The position numbers and the translations under genes were made by a program. From an uncultured Rivularia sp. (GTDB lineage Bacteria; Cyanobacteriota; Cyanobacteriia; Cyanobacteriales; Nostocaceae), in the NCBI GenBank assembly GCA_963665115.1, contig OY762007.1, forward strand, positions 7,488,001-7,552,000: 64,000 nt of DNA, written 5' to 3'. The notes below the pieces were generated by a model. The model saw only the letters and a program-made list of their open reading frames with translations. It was not told where the DNA came from and made no database searches. Shown piece after piece: positions 9,039-19,016 of this stretch (within the stretch, counting starts at the first letter, position 1; each line of letters opens with the position of its first letter).

Positions 9039-11546
9039 TTAATCTCTCGAATCTAGCTTAAGTAAAGATTGCCAATCTCCAATCGCTTTTTCCGTCCACA
9101 GCCAATTTTGAGCTAAGCTACTTGTTTGAAAACTTTTTGAATCATCTTTCATTACCTTGCTGCGAAGTTTTACTGCTTCACTTATATATTTCACTTTTTT
9201 CTCAGAAGGCTGCTCCTGGGAAGATTGGTATAAACTTAAAGCCAGTCCAGCATAAGCAGTTAGAGCTTCTTTATCAACTACTTGAGAAACTGACATTAAA
9301 CTGTTTGAGTTAGAAACATTTTGCGCGGCATTCTTTTTAAAAGATAATTCTACAGCTTTGAACCAAGAATCGTTAGCGCGATTTAAGTTACCTTCTGCAT
9401 AATAAGCGAAGCCTAAAGCATTTTTATACAAAAATGAATCTGGGTCATTTTGAGTAGCAACTTCCCAGTAACGACGAGCATCATCAACACTGTATTTAGT
9501 ATCACCTTTTTGAATAAATTGCCAAGCCAAACGCCCTTTAACAAAGTTTACATATGGATTGTTAATTTGTTCTCGATCTACATTTTCTAATGCGGTTTCA
9601 GCATTACTCAACGCACTACGGTTAAGCAGTTGTTCTACAGCTTTGAGGCCTTCCTTAATTTCACCTTGCGCCAACTTTTGGCTAGCGCGTGCAGTCAAAT
9701 CTTCCGTTGGGGCAGTTTGTAAATCAAATGGCGATTGTCTTTGAACAACTTGTTGAGGAAGCAAAGGCTTTTGCTGACTACGCCAATAATCAATACCTCC
9801 GACAAATGCGATCGCGCTTATTCCCAAGACACCAAGAAGCGCTAAACGCTGGTTTTGTTTTTGCTTTTTGGCTGCGGCTCTTGCGGATGCAGTAGTAACT
9901 TGACTAAAGCTTTCTTGAGAAGAATTTTGGTTAGTTACTACGCTTTGTTCGGAACTAACTGGCAATGGATATTCGCTTTCGCCCCATATCAAAGTATCCT
10001 CAGACTGATAATTTAGATCTGGGGACAGTTGATTTTGTCCGTAATCATCTTCAAGCTGCCCAACTAATTCAGCATTCATCGGAGGTTCTGTTAAAGAACT
10101 TTCGTCATCTATCTGACGGAATATATCTGAAACAATTGCAGAATCTTCTGAATAGCTTGGGTCATCGTATTCGATTTCATCAACAAGATCCCCCCACATA
10201 TCTTCGCCTAGCAAATCTAAGTCCGAAGAATGTTCCGTTCCATAAGCACTTACTGCTCCTACCATTGGAACCATATCGGAACTTGACGAGGATTTATTTG
10301 TGTAAAGTGGTGATATTGTGCTGTTGGGGTCGTACTCGTTAAATAATTCTCCGCTTTGAGGTAAGTAAACTTCTGGGTCTAAATAACCATCAAATTCTGG
10401 CTGGAGATATAAAATTGGTAGCGCCCAATACAGTTGATGGGAACTATAAGCAGAAATTAATCCCTGGCGCATCCGACTCACGCACAAATCTACAGCATAT
10501 CCCTGAGATAGATTGCGGTAAAATAACTGCGTTAATGTCAGCGCTACTTCGTCAGGAATACGTTCTGACATCGCCAAAACGCTTTTTATGCCTCGCTTAA
10601 CTAGAGTTTCAGTTAGATTACGCTGTCCCGTATCTAAATTACTATCTGAAGTCGCGGCGTAGGTACCCAAACAAGAGTTAAACACTGCCATCTGGATATT
10701 ATTATTAACCAGCAAGCCAGCCAAATCATCACCGTAAAGAGTTTCGGTTAAACCCGTTCTACCGCTGACTAAATAAATTTCGCCGCCATTTGCACCGAAG
10801 TTACTATGACCGGAGTAGTGCAGTACGTGGTAATTTCCTTGTTCTAAAGCTTGGGTTAACTCTTCTCTTCCTGGTTGTTCGAGTACCGATAGCTCAATTT
10901 CTGGAAGATGATCCCCACCTTGGATTTTACGTTCGAGTTCCGCTTGCAACCTGATCGCTTCCTGCTTTAACAGGTTCAGACGCACTTGATCCGCAGGGGA
11001 AGCGATTACCATCAAGACTTTAATACCACCATCCGTAGATAACTGTGGTATGTTTCTCGACGGTATACGAGATGTTCCGCTCATTCCGCTTTGATAGCGA
11101 GAAAAAGCAATATAAGGGCCAGTCGCGATGGGGCGATCGCCTTGGTGCATTACTTCCCAAGGAAGACGAGCTAGCTTAGTGTCTTTTAACCCCAAGCGTA
11201 GACGCAATACCTGTTGGTGATTTTGGGCAATACCTTGTGCCGTAATCCAACTGTCCCTGAGAGTACCTTGAAACAGGGCATTATAAAGTTGTTGACCCAG
11301 TGCCACCAAGTTGACTGAGTTTCTTGCATTTGTCTCTTCAAGACAGGCAGAGAGCGCCATCGCATCACCCTGCAATACTGACTGCAATGGGTCGTTCATT
11401 AAACTCCCAGCAGCCGCTAACCAATCAGCCACCGGCCACCTTACCAGTTCTTCTGCTAAGGGTACCCCAGGGGCGACTTGTTCCGTCCGCACCAAGTAGT
11501 CGTTTTGCCCTACTGGGGTTACGGAAATGTGAAATTCCTGGGTCAC
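9039..11546 (-). CDS. hetF: HetF, CHAT-domain (caspase-like) protease for heterocyst differentiation and cell division
   Basis: N-terminus MTQEFHISVTPVGQNDYLVRTE, His/Cys dyad (LHYSGHS; FNSCLG), acidic linker, TM helix, TPR-like C-terminus; NsiR1-type array upstream. Confidence 0.92.
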   Translation of the reverse strand: MTQEFHISVTPVGQNDYLVRTEQVAPGVPLAEELVRWPVADWLAAAGSLMNDPLQSVLQGDAMALSACLEETNARNSVNLVALGQQLYNALFQGTLRDSWITAQGIAQNHQQVLRLRLGLKDTKLARLPWEVMHQGDRPIATGPYIAFSRYQSGMSGTSRIPSRNIPQLSTDGGIKVLMVIASPADQVRLNLLKQEAIRLQAELERKIQGGDHLPEIELSVLEQPGREELTQALEQGNYHVLHYSGHSNFGANGGEIYLVSGRTGLTETLYGDDLAGLLVNNNIQMAVFNSCLGTYAATSDSNLDTGQRNLTETLVKRGIKSVLAMSERIPDEVALTLTQLFYRNLSQGYAVDLCVSRMRQGLISAYSSHQLYWALPILYLQPEFDGYLDPEVYLPQSGELFNEYDPNSTISPLYTNKSSSSSDMVPMVGAVSAYGTEHSSDLDLLGEDMWGDLVDEIEYDDPSYSEDSAIVSDIFRQIDDESSLTEPPMNAELVGQLEDDYGQNQLSPDLNYQSEDTLIWGESEYPLPVSSEQSVVTNQNSSQESFSQVTTASARAAAKKQKQNQRLALLGVLGISAIAFVGGIDYWRSQQKPLLPQQVVQRQSPFDLQTAPTEDLTARASQKLAQGEIKEGLKAVEQLLNRSALSNAETALENVDREQINNPYVNFVKGRLAWQFIQKGDTKYSVDDARRYWEVATQNDPDSFLYKNALGFAYYAEGNLNRANDSWFKAVELSFKKNAAQNVSNSNSLMSVSQVVDKEALTAYAGLALSLYQSSQEQPSEKKVKYISEAVKLRSKVMKDDSKSFQTSSLAQNWLWTEKAIGDWQSLLKLDSRD

Positions 11547-11913
11547 AACTTCTCCTGTTTACCTAACTTATCTGGTTGGAAACGCTTTTGTTTCAAGTCT
11601 ATGTTTCGCTCTTCCTGATACATTAGATGCATCTACCTGCTTCCATGTTTCTGATTTTAAAGTGGTTTTTTGATTTATCGACTTTTACAACTTTATCCGG
11701 ATTCAATTAAATGCGCCTAGAACTAACTTAGTTATATATGCGCTTTGTACTTTAATTCCTCAGTAAAACTAATATTTTTATTTGATTTTTTGTTGTTAAC
11801 TCTTCTTTATAGTTAAACACTAAGAAATAAGAAGGAAAATGTCCGGGCATATACAAAACACATCGATACAAGTTGCTTGCTATACAACTTTTATCAGCAT
11901 TTTGATGATTTTA

Positions 11914-13502
11914 TCCGGAAGATACTGGTTAACTTTAGAACATTTAATTGGTAGATGCACCCTGATAACTCATTCCCCTAGTTGACTGCCTTCCACTAGG
12001 GGTTTTTTATGGTTTTCACGACCATAGTCACTCATTTTTATATTTTAACCGCGAGATACTGGTTAATTTTAAAACATTTAACTGGTAAATGCATTCGGAT
12101 CGCTCACTTACCCGTTTTAGCTATATGCGATCTGGTTTTTTATATTTAAGATCGGTACTCAAAAATATTCATACAATTTTATCCGGAAATACTTTGTTAT
12201 CTAAAGTACATTTAATTGGTAGATGCACCCTGATAACTAACTCCCCCGGCAAGCCTACAAGCACGCTGGGGGTTTTTATATTCAATTGTAATTTAGTTCA
12301 GCAATTAACTGTCACGTGCGGTACATCTGATTGGTAGATACATACTGACATACGTCTACCTTGGTAAGCTTACAAATAAGCTGCTTTTTGTATTTAATTA
12401 AAGTTTTATCCGGAAAGTGCCTGTTAACTGAAGTACATAGAATTGGTAGATGCACCCTGATAACTGTCTCCCCCGGTAAGCCTACAAGCTAGCTGGGGGA
12501 TTTTTGTATGCTTAATTTCTACACCCAAACATATTTATACAATTTTATCCGGAAAGTACTCGTTATCTAAAGTACATAGAATTGGTAGATGCACCCTGAT
12601 AACTTACTCCCTTAGCAAGCCTACAAGCAAGCTGAGGGTTTTTATTTTTAATTAAAGTTTTGTCCGGAAACACCCTGTTATCTAAAGTACATAGAATTGG
12701 TAGATACACCCTGATAACTGTCTCCCCCGGTAAGCCTACAAGCTAGCTGGGGGATTTTTATATGTTTAATTTCTACACCCAAACATATTTATACAGTTTT
12801 ATCCGGAAAGTGCCGATTATCTAAAGTACATAGAATTGGTAGATGCACCCTGATAACTGTCTCCCCTGGTAAGCCTACAAGCTAGCTGGGGGATTTTTAT
12901 ATGTTTAATTTCTACACCCAAACATATTTATACAGTTTTATCCGGAAAGTGCCCGTTATCTAAAGTACATAGAATTGGTAGATGCACCCTGATAACTGTC
13001 TCCCCCGGTAAGCCTACAAGCTAGCTGGGGGATTTTTATATGTTTAATTTCTACACCCAAACATATTTATACAGTTTTATCCGGAAAGTGCCCGTTATCT
13101 AAAGTACATAGAATTGGTAGATGCACCCTGATAACTGTCTCCCCCGGTAAGCCTACAAGCTAGTTGGGGGATTTTTGTATGCTTAATTTCTACACCCAAA
13201 CATATTTATACAGTTTTATCCGGAAAGTGCCCGTTATCTAAAGTACATAGAACTGGTAGATGCACCCTGATAACTGTCTCCCCCGGTAAGCCTACAAGCT
13301 AGTTGGGGGATTTTTGTATGCTTAATTTCTACACCCAAACATATTTATACAGTTTTATCCGGAAAGTGCCCGTTATCTAAAGTACATAGAACTGGTAGAT
13401 GCACCCTGATAACTGTCTCCCCCGGTAAGCCTACAAGCTAGTTGGGGGATTTTTGTATGCTTAATTTCTACACCCAAACATATTTATACAGTTTTATCCG
13501 GA
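11914..13502 (+). promoter_or_regulatory. Eleven DIF1-type (TCCGGA) heterocyst-specific promoters, one per intact unit
   Basis: TCCGGA at 11914, 12182, 12409, 12548, 12663, 12802, 12941, 13080, 13219, 13358 and 13497. Each lies 35 nt before the RNA core, with GTACAT (GAACAT in the first unit) after an 18-nt spacer. Confidence 0.85.
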
Positions 13503-13592
13503 AAGTGGCTGTTAAATACAGTACATAGAATTGGTAGATGCACCCTGATAACTGTCTCCCCTAGTAAGCCTACAAGCACGCTGGGGGTTTTT
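11914..13592 (+). ncRNA. nsiR1: Tandem array of NsiR1-type small RNA genes (13 units, each promoter + ~60-nt RNA + terminator)
   Basis: The conserved core TGGTAGATGCACCCTGATAAC, or variants of it, starts at 11949, 12083 (degenerate), 12217, 12332 (degenerate), 12444, 12583, 12698, 12837, 12976, 13115, 13254, 13393 and 13532. Intact copies are followed by a C-rich/G-rich hairpin and a T tract. The array lies upstream of and opposite to hetF. Confidence 0.92.
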
Positions 13593-14374
13593 ATTCGGAT
13601 CAAAATAAAGCTTATTGACAAATCTCTCCAGAGATTTAAATCTTGCCCGAATAAACCAAATTGTTGAAATTGTTAGATACAGCTTGATAACTAACTCACC
13701 CTAAGAAAATCAATAACCACTAAGTATCTTTTCTTAAGTAGTACAACTCAATTTTCTTGTTTTCACTTAGGGGTTCTTTGAGAATAACCTCTAAGAACTA
13801 CTAAGTAGTTAAATACATTTAAGTAGTGTATTTAATCTAACATACTTTCTGAGATAAATTGCATTGTGTCAAAACCTTTTAGATTTCTTTAATTAATTGC
13901 TGTAAGCTTTGATATGACTATTTTTGGTAGAAGCAATCTATCTATTGCCAGCTGAAAGCGATTATTTCAAACTTTCCCTATTATCAAGCTTTCTACACAT
14001 TACGACTGATTTCAGTTTCACTTAGGTAGAAGACAAGTAATGTGTTTCTTATTTTTAAATATTTCCCTGTATTTACCTAAACCAAGTTGACAAAACAATA
14101 ATTAATTCTTTACTGCCAACAACAAAGCCGATGGTATGGTTGGTAAATAGCGCCCTAAAATAATTGCGATAGGCGACTGAAAACTACTTATCCGGATAAC
14201 CTATGACTGAAGCAGGTTGTTTCTTCTAGGTATTTAATCGTATAAAGCCGCATACCTTACTTGATATCACCAGTCGATTCCGAAGGATAAAAAGTTCCCA
14301 GGATTGAAATTGTTTTGTATGCGAGGAACTCGTATTGTATTTTAGAAACTATGAAATAGCTCAAATTTAAAATT

Positions 14375-14692
14375 ATGCCTTTATCTGTAATCAAATTTTC
14401 TAGCGAAGACTGCGGTATTTGTCACAAAATGTCTTTTTACGACAAAAAGGTGGCTGAAGAACTCGGTTTAGAATTTATTGATGTCAAAATGCAGGATACC
14501 GCTACCTACCGCAAGTATCGTAAAGTTTTATTAACCCAGTATCCTGATAAATCAGAAATGGGATGGCCTACTTATATTGTCTGCGATTCTCCAGAAGAAG
14601 AGCCTTCTATTCTAGGTGAAGTGAAAGGAGGACATCCCAAAGGAGAATTTAGAACTCGTCTGCAATCGGTTCTTGATGAAAGCAGCAATTAG
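14375..14692 (+). CDS. Thioredoxin-family protein (CGIC motif)
   Basis: KFSSEDCGICHKM CxxC motif and GWPT cis-Pro motif. Confidence 0.8.
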   Translation: MPLSVIKFSSEDCGICHKMSFYDKKVAEELGLEFIDVKMQDTATYRKYRKVLLTQYPDKSEMGWPTYIVCDSPEEEPSILGEVKGGHPKGEFRTRLQSVLDESSN

Positions 14693-14813
14693 CTGGAGAT
14701 AGTAATACAGAAACCGGGTTTCTTCTCGATCGAGTAAGAGAATATTTTACTCCCACCCATAGAAACCCGGTTTATTAAACTTTGAAAATTGGTTGTAAGA
14801 ATCTTTTCAACGC

Positions 14814-15041
14814 TTAATTGGTAATATCAAAAGATTTTACTTCTAGCACAGGACCAATCATAGCAGCAGTCATCACATCTTCGCGTACATCTCCAGTGAC
14901 TTCTGCTTTTTGCCCTGCTTGAAGTAGACCTTTATCTGCTCCTCTCATTATTTCATAGGTTTTTCCATCTTCACCAACAAATGCCCAAGCGCCCATGCCA
15001 ATATCGCGGCGTTCAACAGTTCCTTTAACTTTAATGCTCAT
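14814..15041 (-). CDS. Small OB-fold-like hypothetical protein
   Basis: 75-aa beta-rich ORF, co-oriented downstream of the S8 peptidase. Confidence 0.75.
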   Translation of the reverse strand: MSIKVKGTVERRDIGMGAWAFVGEDGKTYEIMRGADKGLLQAGQKAEVTGDVREDVMTAAMIGPVLEVKSFDITN

Positions 15042-15266
15042 ATTAGTTAGTAGTTAGTGGTTAGTAGTTAGTGGTTAGTGGTTGCTAGTTAATAAAACGA
15101 AATTAGTAGTTAGTTATTTTTTTAATAACAGGACTTAGGTAAGCACTTGGGGGGATCTGGAATGTCTGGAACACTATATTTTCCCTGATTGCTGCTCCTA
15201 GTCCTAAATAATTTCAACTAACAACTAACAACTATCAACTAACAACTATCAACTAACCACTATAAA

Positions 15267-17144
15267 TTAAGCTGTTTGCTCGTCGTTTTTCACTGTAAAA
15301 CGAGCCAGCATGAAGCAAAGTATAGCGTTAGCAATTAAGAATCCACGAGCTAACATACCATCTCCTAACCCCCAAACTGCTGGATCTGTTACAGAACTTA
15401 CGGCTAAACAAGCTGCAACTCCCAAACTCGAACCAATAGCAAACCACTTCCACTTTGAATTTCCGAGTAGCAGTGCCATTAAGACAATAGGAGCTAAAAC
15501 GCTGGCAAATAATGGGTTGAAGGGGTTGGTTCCCTGCAAGGTATTACCTAATTCGGGAATTGAACTACCAAGTAAACGCAAAGGCCATTGAGGAAGATCG
15601 AAGATGTAAAATCCTTTAAGGAAAAACAACCCAGAACTACCTGCAACTAAACCGCTGGCTAAACTCCAAGTCCATGCGAAGGGAAAATAAACTCGTAAAA
15701 ACCAAGCTAGTAAGTAAGAACCTACCACCATTAAAATCTTTGGTAGAAGTGCTACCATACCGCCGTCAATCCAGAAACCGGGATTGAGATAGCCACTATC
15801 GCGCAACCAGCGGAAGAAGTCTTGAAAGCTTATTGTTCCTTGTTCGGCAAGGGTTACTGCTGCTTCAGCATTTAATTGTCCGGCACCGTAATAGTTCAAG
15901 CCGTCATCTTGGATAACTCTTGCTGATTGTGCCAGAACTTTAACGATTTCGTCTGGCTCTTCTATTCCACTAGCTTTAACTAATGCAGCAACACCAGCAA
16001 CATGAGGTGAAGCCATGCTTGTACCCTGCAAGCCAATAAAAACTTCTTCGCCTTTGCTGTCCATATCAACGGTAGCTTGCAAAACTTTGCCAGCATCGCT
16101 ACCGCCGGGAGCAGAAATATCGACTCCAGCACCATAGTTAGAATAAGGCGCTTTTAAGCCATCGGGACCTAAAGCGGAAACTGCGAACACATTAGGATAG
16201 CGTGCGGGATAGGAAGCAGCATTCTCATTTTCATTTCCAGCAGCCGCAATTATTACTACCCCTTTGCCGTGAGCGTAGTTAATTGCATCTTTCATCAACT
16301 GGCTTTCACCGCCACCACCCAAGCTCATATTAATCACATCTGCGCCATTATCGGCAGCAAATTTAATCGCTTCGGCAATATCAGCTACCGTTCCGCCGCC
16401 ATAAGCACTAAGTACCTTCAAAGGCATCAAATTGGCTTCGTAAGCAACTCCAGCTACACCCCAACTATTATTAGTAGCTTGGGCAATCGTACCGGCAACG
16501 TGAGTACCATGTCCGTTGTCATCTGAAGCGTTTTCTCTATCGTTAACAAAGTCGTAACCTTTAACAAATTCGGTTTCAACTAAATCGCGCACCTTGGTAA
16601 CGCCGGTGTCAATCACGGCTACCGTCACCCCTTTACCTTTAGTTTTATCCCACGCCCCTTCAATGTTGATACTATTTAAGTGCCACTGTTGGCTGTAGAG
16701 GGGGTCGTTAGCACCTTTTAGGCTTGGCTTTACTTCTTCTAAGATACCGTCGTCGGATGACTGTAAATATTCAGCCTCCCGCGCAATATTATTTTCTTCG
16801 GGATTGCCCGATTCTGGAATTTTATATATATAGTTTGGCTCGATAAATTCCGTGTCTCTAGCAAGTTCTGACTTACGCAGTTTTTTGATGCGCTGCTTAT
16901 CCCCTTCGATAATATAAACATTATCCTTTTTGGAAAATTGATTATCTAATCGAGGAGTTACATTGTACTTTTGAGCTATTGCTTGCAAATCTTGCTGCAA
17001 TTCTTCCTGGGGAATATCTTCCCGGAAATCTAGTACAATCGTCTCAAATTCACCGCGAGATGCGAGTCCCCTAACATTAAAAAAAGTTAACAGGGCAAAA
17101 CTCAACCCGATGACAAACAAGCAGAATAATATAAGTTTTTTCAT
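15267..17144 (-). CDS. Subtilisin-like S8 serine peptidase with C-terminal membrane domain
   Basis: VAVIDTG, HGTHVAG and GTSMASPHVAG catalytic triad; several C-terminal TM helices. Confidence 0.92.
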   Translation of the reverse strand: MKKLILFCLFVIGLSFALLTFFNVRGLASRGEFETIVLDFREDIPQEELQQDLQAIAQKYNVTPRLDNQFSKKDNVYIIEGDKQRIKKLRKSELARDTEFIEPNYIYKIPESGNPEENNIAREAEYLQSSDDGILEEVKPSLKGANDPLYSQQWHLNSINIEGAWDKTKGKGVTVAVIDTGVTKVRDLVETEFVKGYDFVNDRENASDDNGHGTHVAGTIAQATNNSWGVAGVAYEANLMPLKVLSAYGGGTVADIAEAIKFAADNGADVINMSLGGGGESQLMKDAINYAHGKGVVIIAAAGNENENAASYPARYPNVFAVSALGPDGLKAPYSNYGAGVDISAPGGSDAGKVLQATVDMDSKGEEVFIGLQGTSMASPHVAGVAALVKASGIEEPDEIVKVLAQSARVIQDDGLNYYGAGQLNAEAAVTLAEQGTISFQDFFRWLRDSGYLNPGFWIDGGMVALLPKILMVVGSYLLAWFLRVYFPFAWTWSLASGLVAGSSGLFFLKGFYIFDLPQWPLRLLGSSIPELGNTLQGTNPFNPLFASVLAPIVLMALLLGNSKWKWFAIGSSLGVAACLAVSSVTDPAVWGLGDGMLARGFLIANAILCFMLARFTVKNDEQTA

Positions 17145-17373
17145 GTGAATCTAACAATCGTTATTTGTCAGTTTGAACACTACCATAGCTTACACGCAAC
17201 CTTCTTTACCTGAAGACTGAAAGATATTTACAAAGTTTACGAGTTATGCATTCTTGACAAGACTTGCTAAAACTCCTCTTTGTCAGGAAGAAGATTGTAG
17301 CACCTGGTATACTACATTCTTTTTTATTGTGGCGTAATTCTATTTTATTGTCAGCAAAAATCAAGGTTATTTT

Positions 17374-17808
17374 ATGGAACGCGGACTTTTATGGCTACCT
17401 TTGCTAGTAGCGTTTTTTTGGTTGGCTTGGCAAGGTTCTAGAGAATATCAGAAGGTTGAAGCTTATCGTATTTGGGCAGAAAACTTTGACAGAGCGAAAT
17501 ACGATATTTACGCAGTTTTAGCTCAGAAAGAAAATGACATGACTTGGGGCAAACCTACTGTCAAAGGTATCGTAGATTTAAAAACTTTTTCTTTAAACGA
17601 TGTTGACAAGATAAATCTTTTGATAGATGACAAACCTATTAATATAGATGAATTACCTAGAAAAGCTAAAAAAATTGAATTAGAATTTGTACTCTCCGAA
17701 GCTTCTGACTCTATTCGCGTACCTTTTACAGAAATTCCCTTGGCAGGAGAATGGGGTAAGTTTTTACAAAAGGAACTGCGAAGAATTGAGCAGCAAGCAA
17801 AGAAATAA
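17374..17808 (+). CDS. Hypothetical protein with N-terminal TM anchor
   Basis: 144-aa ORF starting MERGLLWLPLL. Confidence 0.75.
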   Translation: MERGLLWLPLLVAFFWLAWQGSREYQKVEAYRIWAENFDRAKYDIYAVLAQKENDMTWGKPTVKGIVDLKTFSLNDVDKINLLIDDKPINIDELPRKAKKIELEFVLSEASDSIRVPFTEIPLAGEWGKFLQKELRRIEQQAKK

Positions 17809-17920
17809 AATAATTGAAGAATATGCAATTGGAAATTGTTACACCTTGGGCGGGATTAAATTGCGGAAAATCCTGTATTTTAAGGTCATAGTTCGTAATG
17901 CGTATTCCGCTCATAGATTG

Positions 17921-18742
17921 ATGAACACCAAATCAACATCCAAGGTTCCCGTTGCTTTGACTATTGCTGGTTCCGATAGCGGTGGTGGTGCGGGAATTCA
18001 AGCCGATCTACGCACCTTCGCTTTTCATTGCGTTCACGGTACCAGCGCTATTACTTGCGTTACCGCACAAAACACTTTGGGTGTAACGCGGGTTGATGCA
18101 ATGCCGTCATTAGCTGTCGAGCAACAAATTAAGGCTGTATGCGATGACATCGGGGTGCAAGCAGCCAAAACTGGAATGCTGCTGAACCAGGAAATTATTA
18201 CCACCGTTGTCAAACAAATCGAAACTTTACAAATTCCAAATTTAGTGGTAGACCCGGTGATGGTGTCGCGCACGGGAGCGCAATTAATTGACGATGAAGC
18301 CGTGAAAACCCTCCGCGATTCTCTCATACCTTTGGCCACAGTTTTGACTCCTAACCGATACGAAGCACAAATTCTTAGCGGCTTAGAAATTAAATCCCTC
18401 GATGACATGAAAGCAGCAGCGCAAACCATTCACGAAAAATTGAAAGTCAAAGCTGTTTTGGTTAAAGGTGGTGGAATGCAGGGAAGTTTACGCGGGATAG
18501 ATATTTGGTTTGATGGTAAAAACCTCGAAACTCTACTTATACAATTAGTAGCCACCAAAAATACTCACGGAACTGGCTGTACTTTATCCGCTGCGATCGC
18601 CGCTAATTTAGCACGAGGAGATAGTCTATTTAAAGCAGCACGTCAAGCAAAGGAATATGTTTCTCATGCATTAAGTAATTCTTTAGATATTGGTAAAGGA
18701 CAAGGACCTGTAGGACACTTTTTTCCTTTGCTAAAAAAATAA
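17921..18742 (+). CDS. thiD: Hydroxymethylpyrimidine/phosphomethylpyrimidine kinase
   Basis: TIAGSDSGGGAGIQAD, VVDPVM, THGTGCTLS. The ATG at 17921 is preferred over the ORF-track start, which overlaps the upstream gene. Confidence 0.93.
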   Translation: MNTKSTSKVPVALTIAGSDSGGGAGIQADLRTFAFHCVHGTSAITCVTAQNTLGVTRVDAMPSLAVEQQIKAVCDDIGVQAAKTGMLLNQEIITTVVKQIETLQIPNLVVDPVMVSRTGAQLIDDEAVKTLRDSLIPLATVLTPNRYEAQILSGLEIKSLDDMKAAAQTIHEKLKVKAVLVKGGGMQGSLRGIDIWFDGKNLETLLIQLVATKNTHGTGCTLSAAIAANLARGDSLFKAARQAKEYVSHALSNSLDIGKGQGPVGHFFPLLKK

Positions 18743-19016
18743 TTCCTATTATCCCCAAAATTATTTTGCACGATTAGTTGTAAGGTGACATTTGTCACCT
18801 TGATATCTGAAAATATGAGTTTTAATGATAAGTTTATTGGTATGCTTTGCCATACAAGTCAGCAAAGATGATTTTTTTGTTTTAATGCTTCCTTATATTA
18901 TTGATATTATTGTCAGGTATATCAGAAATTTTTAAATTTTAATTTTTACTTTTGAATATTTGCAGACAATAGTTATAGTAAACCGGAATAGCGTTTATTT
19001 TTGACACTAAGTACCC

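Noticed and set aside
9122..11566. Multiple short ORFs overlapping hetF, and similar ORFs overlapping other long genes
   Set aside because: Antisense or alternative-frame shadows with no motifs.
12089..12337. 82-aa ORF within the array
   Set aside because: Chance frame across degenerate repeat units; not preserved in other units.
11914..13592. CRISPR array or replication iterons
   Set aside because: Whole 115-139-bp units repeat with no unique spacers; there is no cas or rep gene; each unit has promoter and terminator architecture.
17687..17920. N-terminal extension of ThiD
   Set aside because: Overlaps the upstream gene; ThiD similarity begins after the ATG at 17921.
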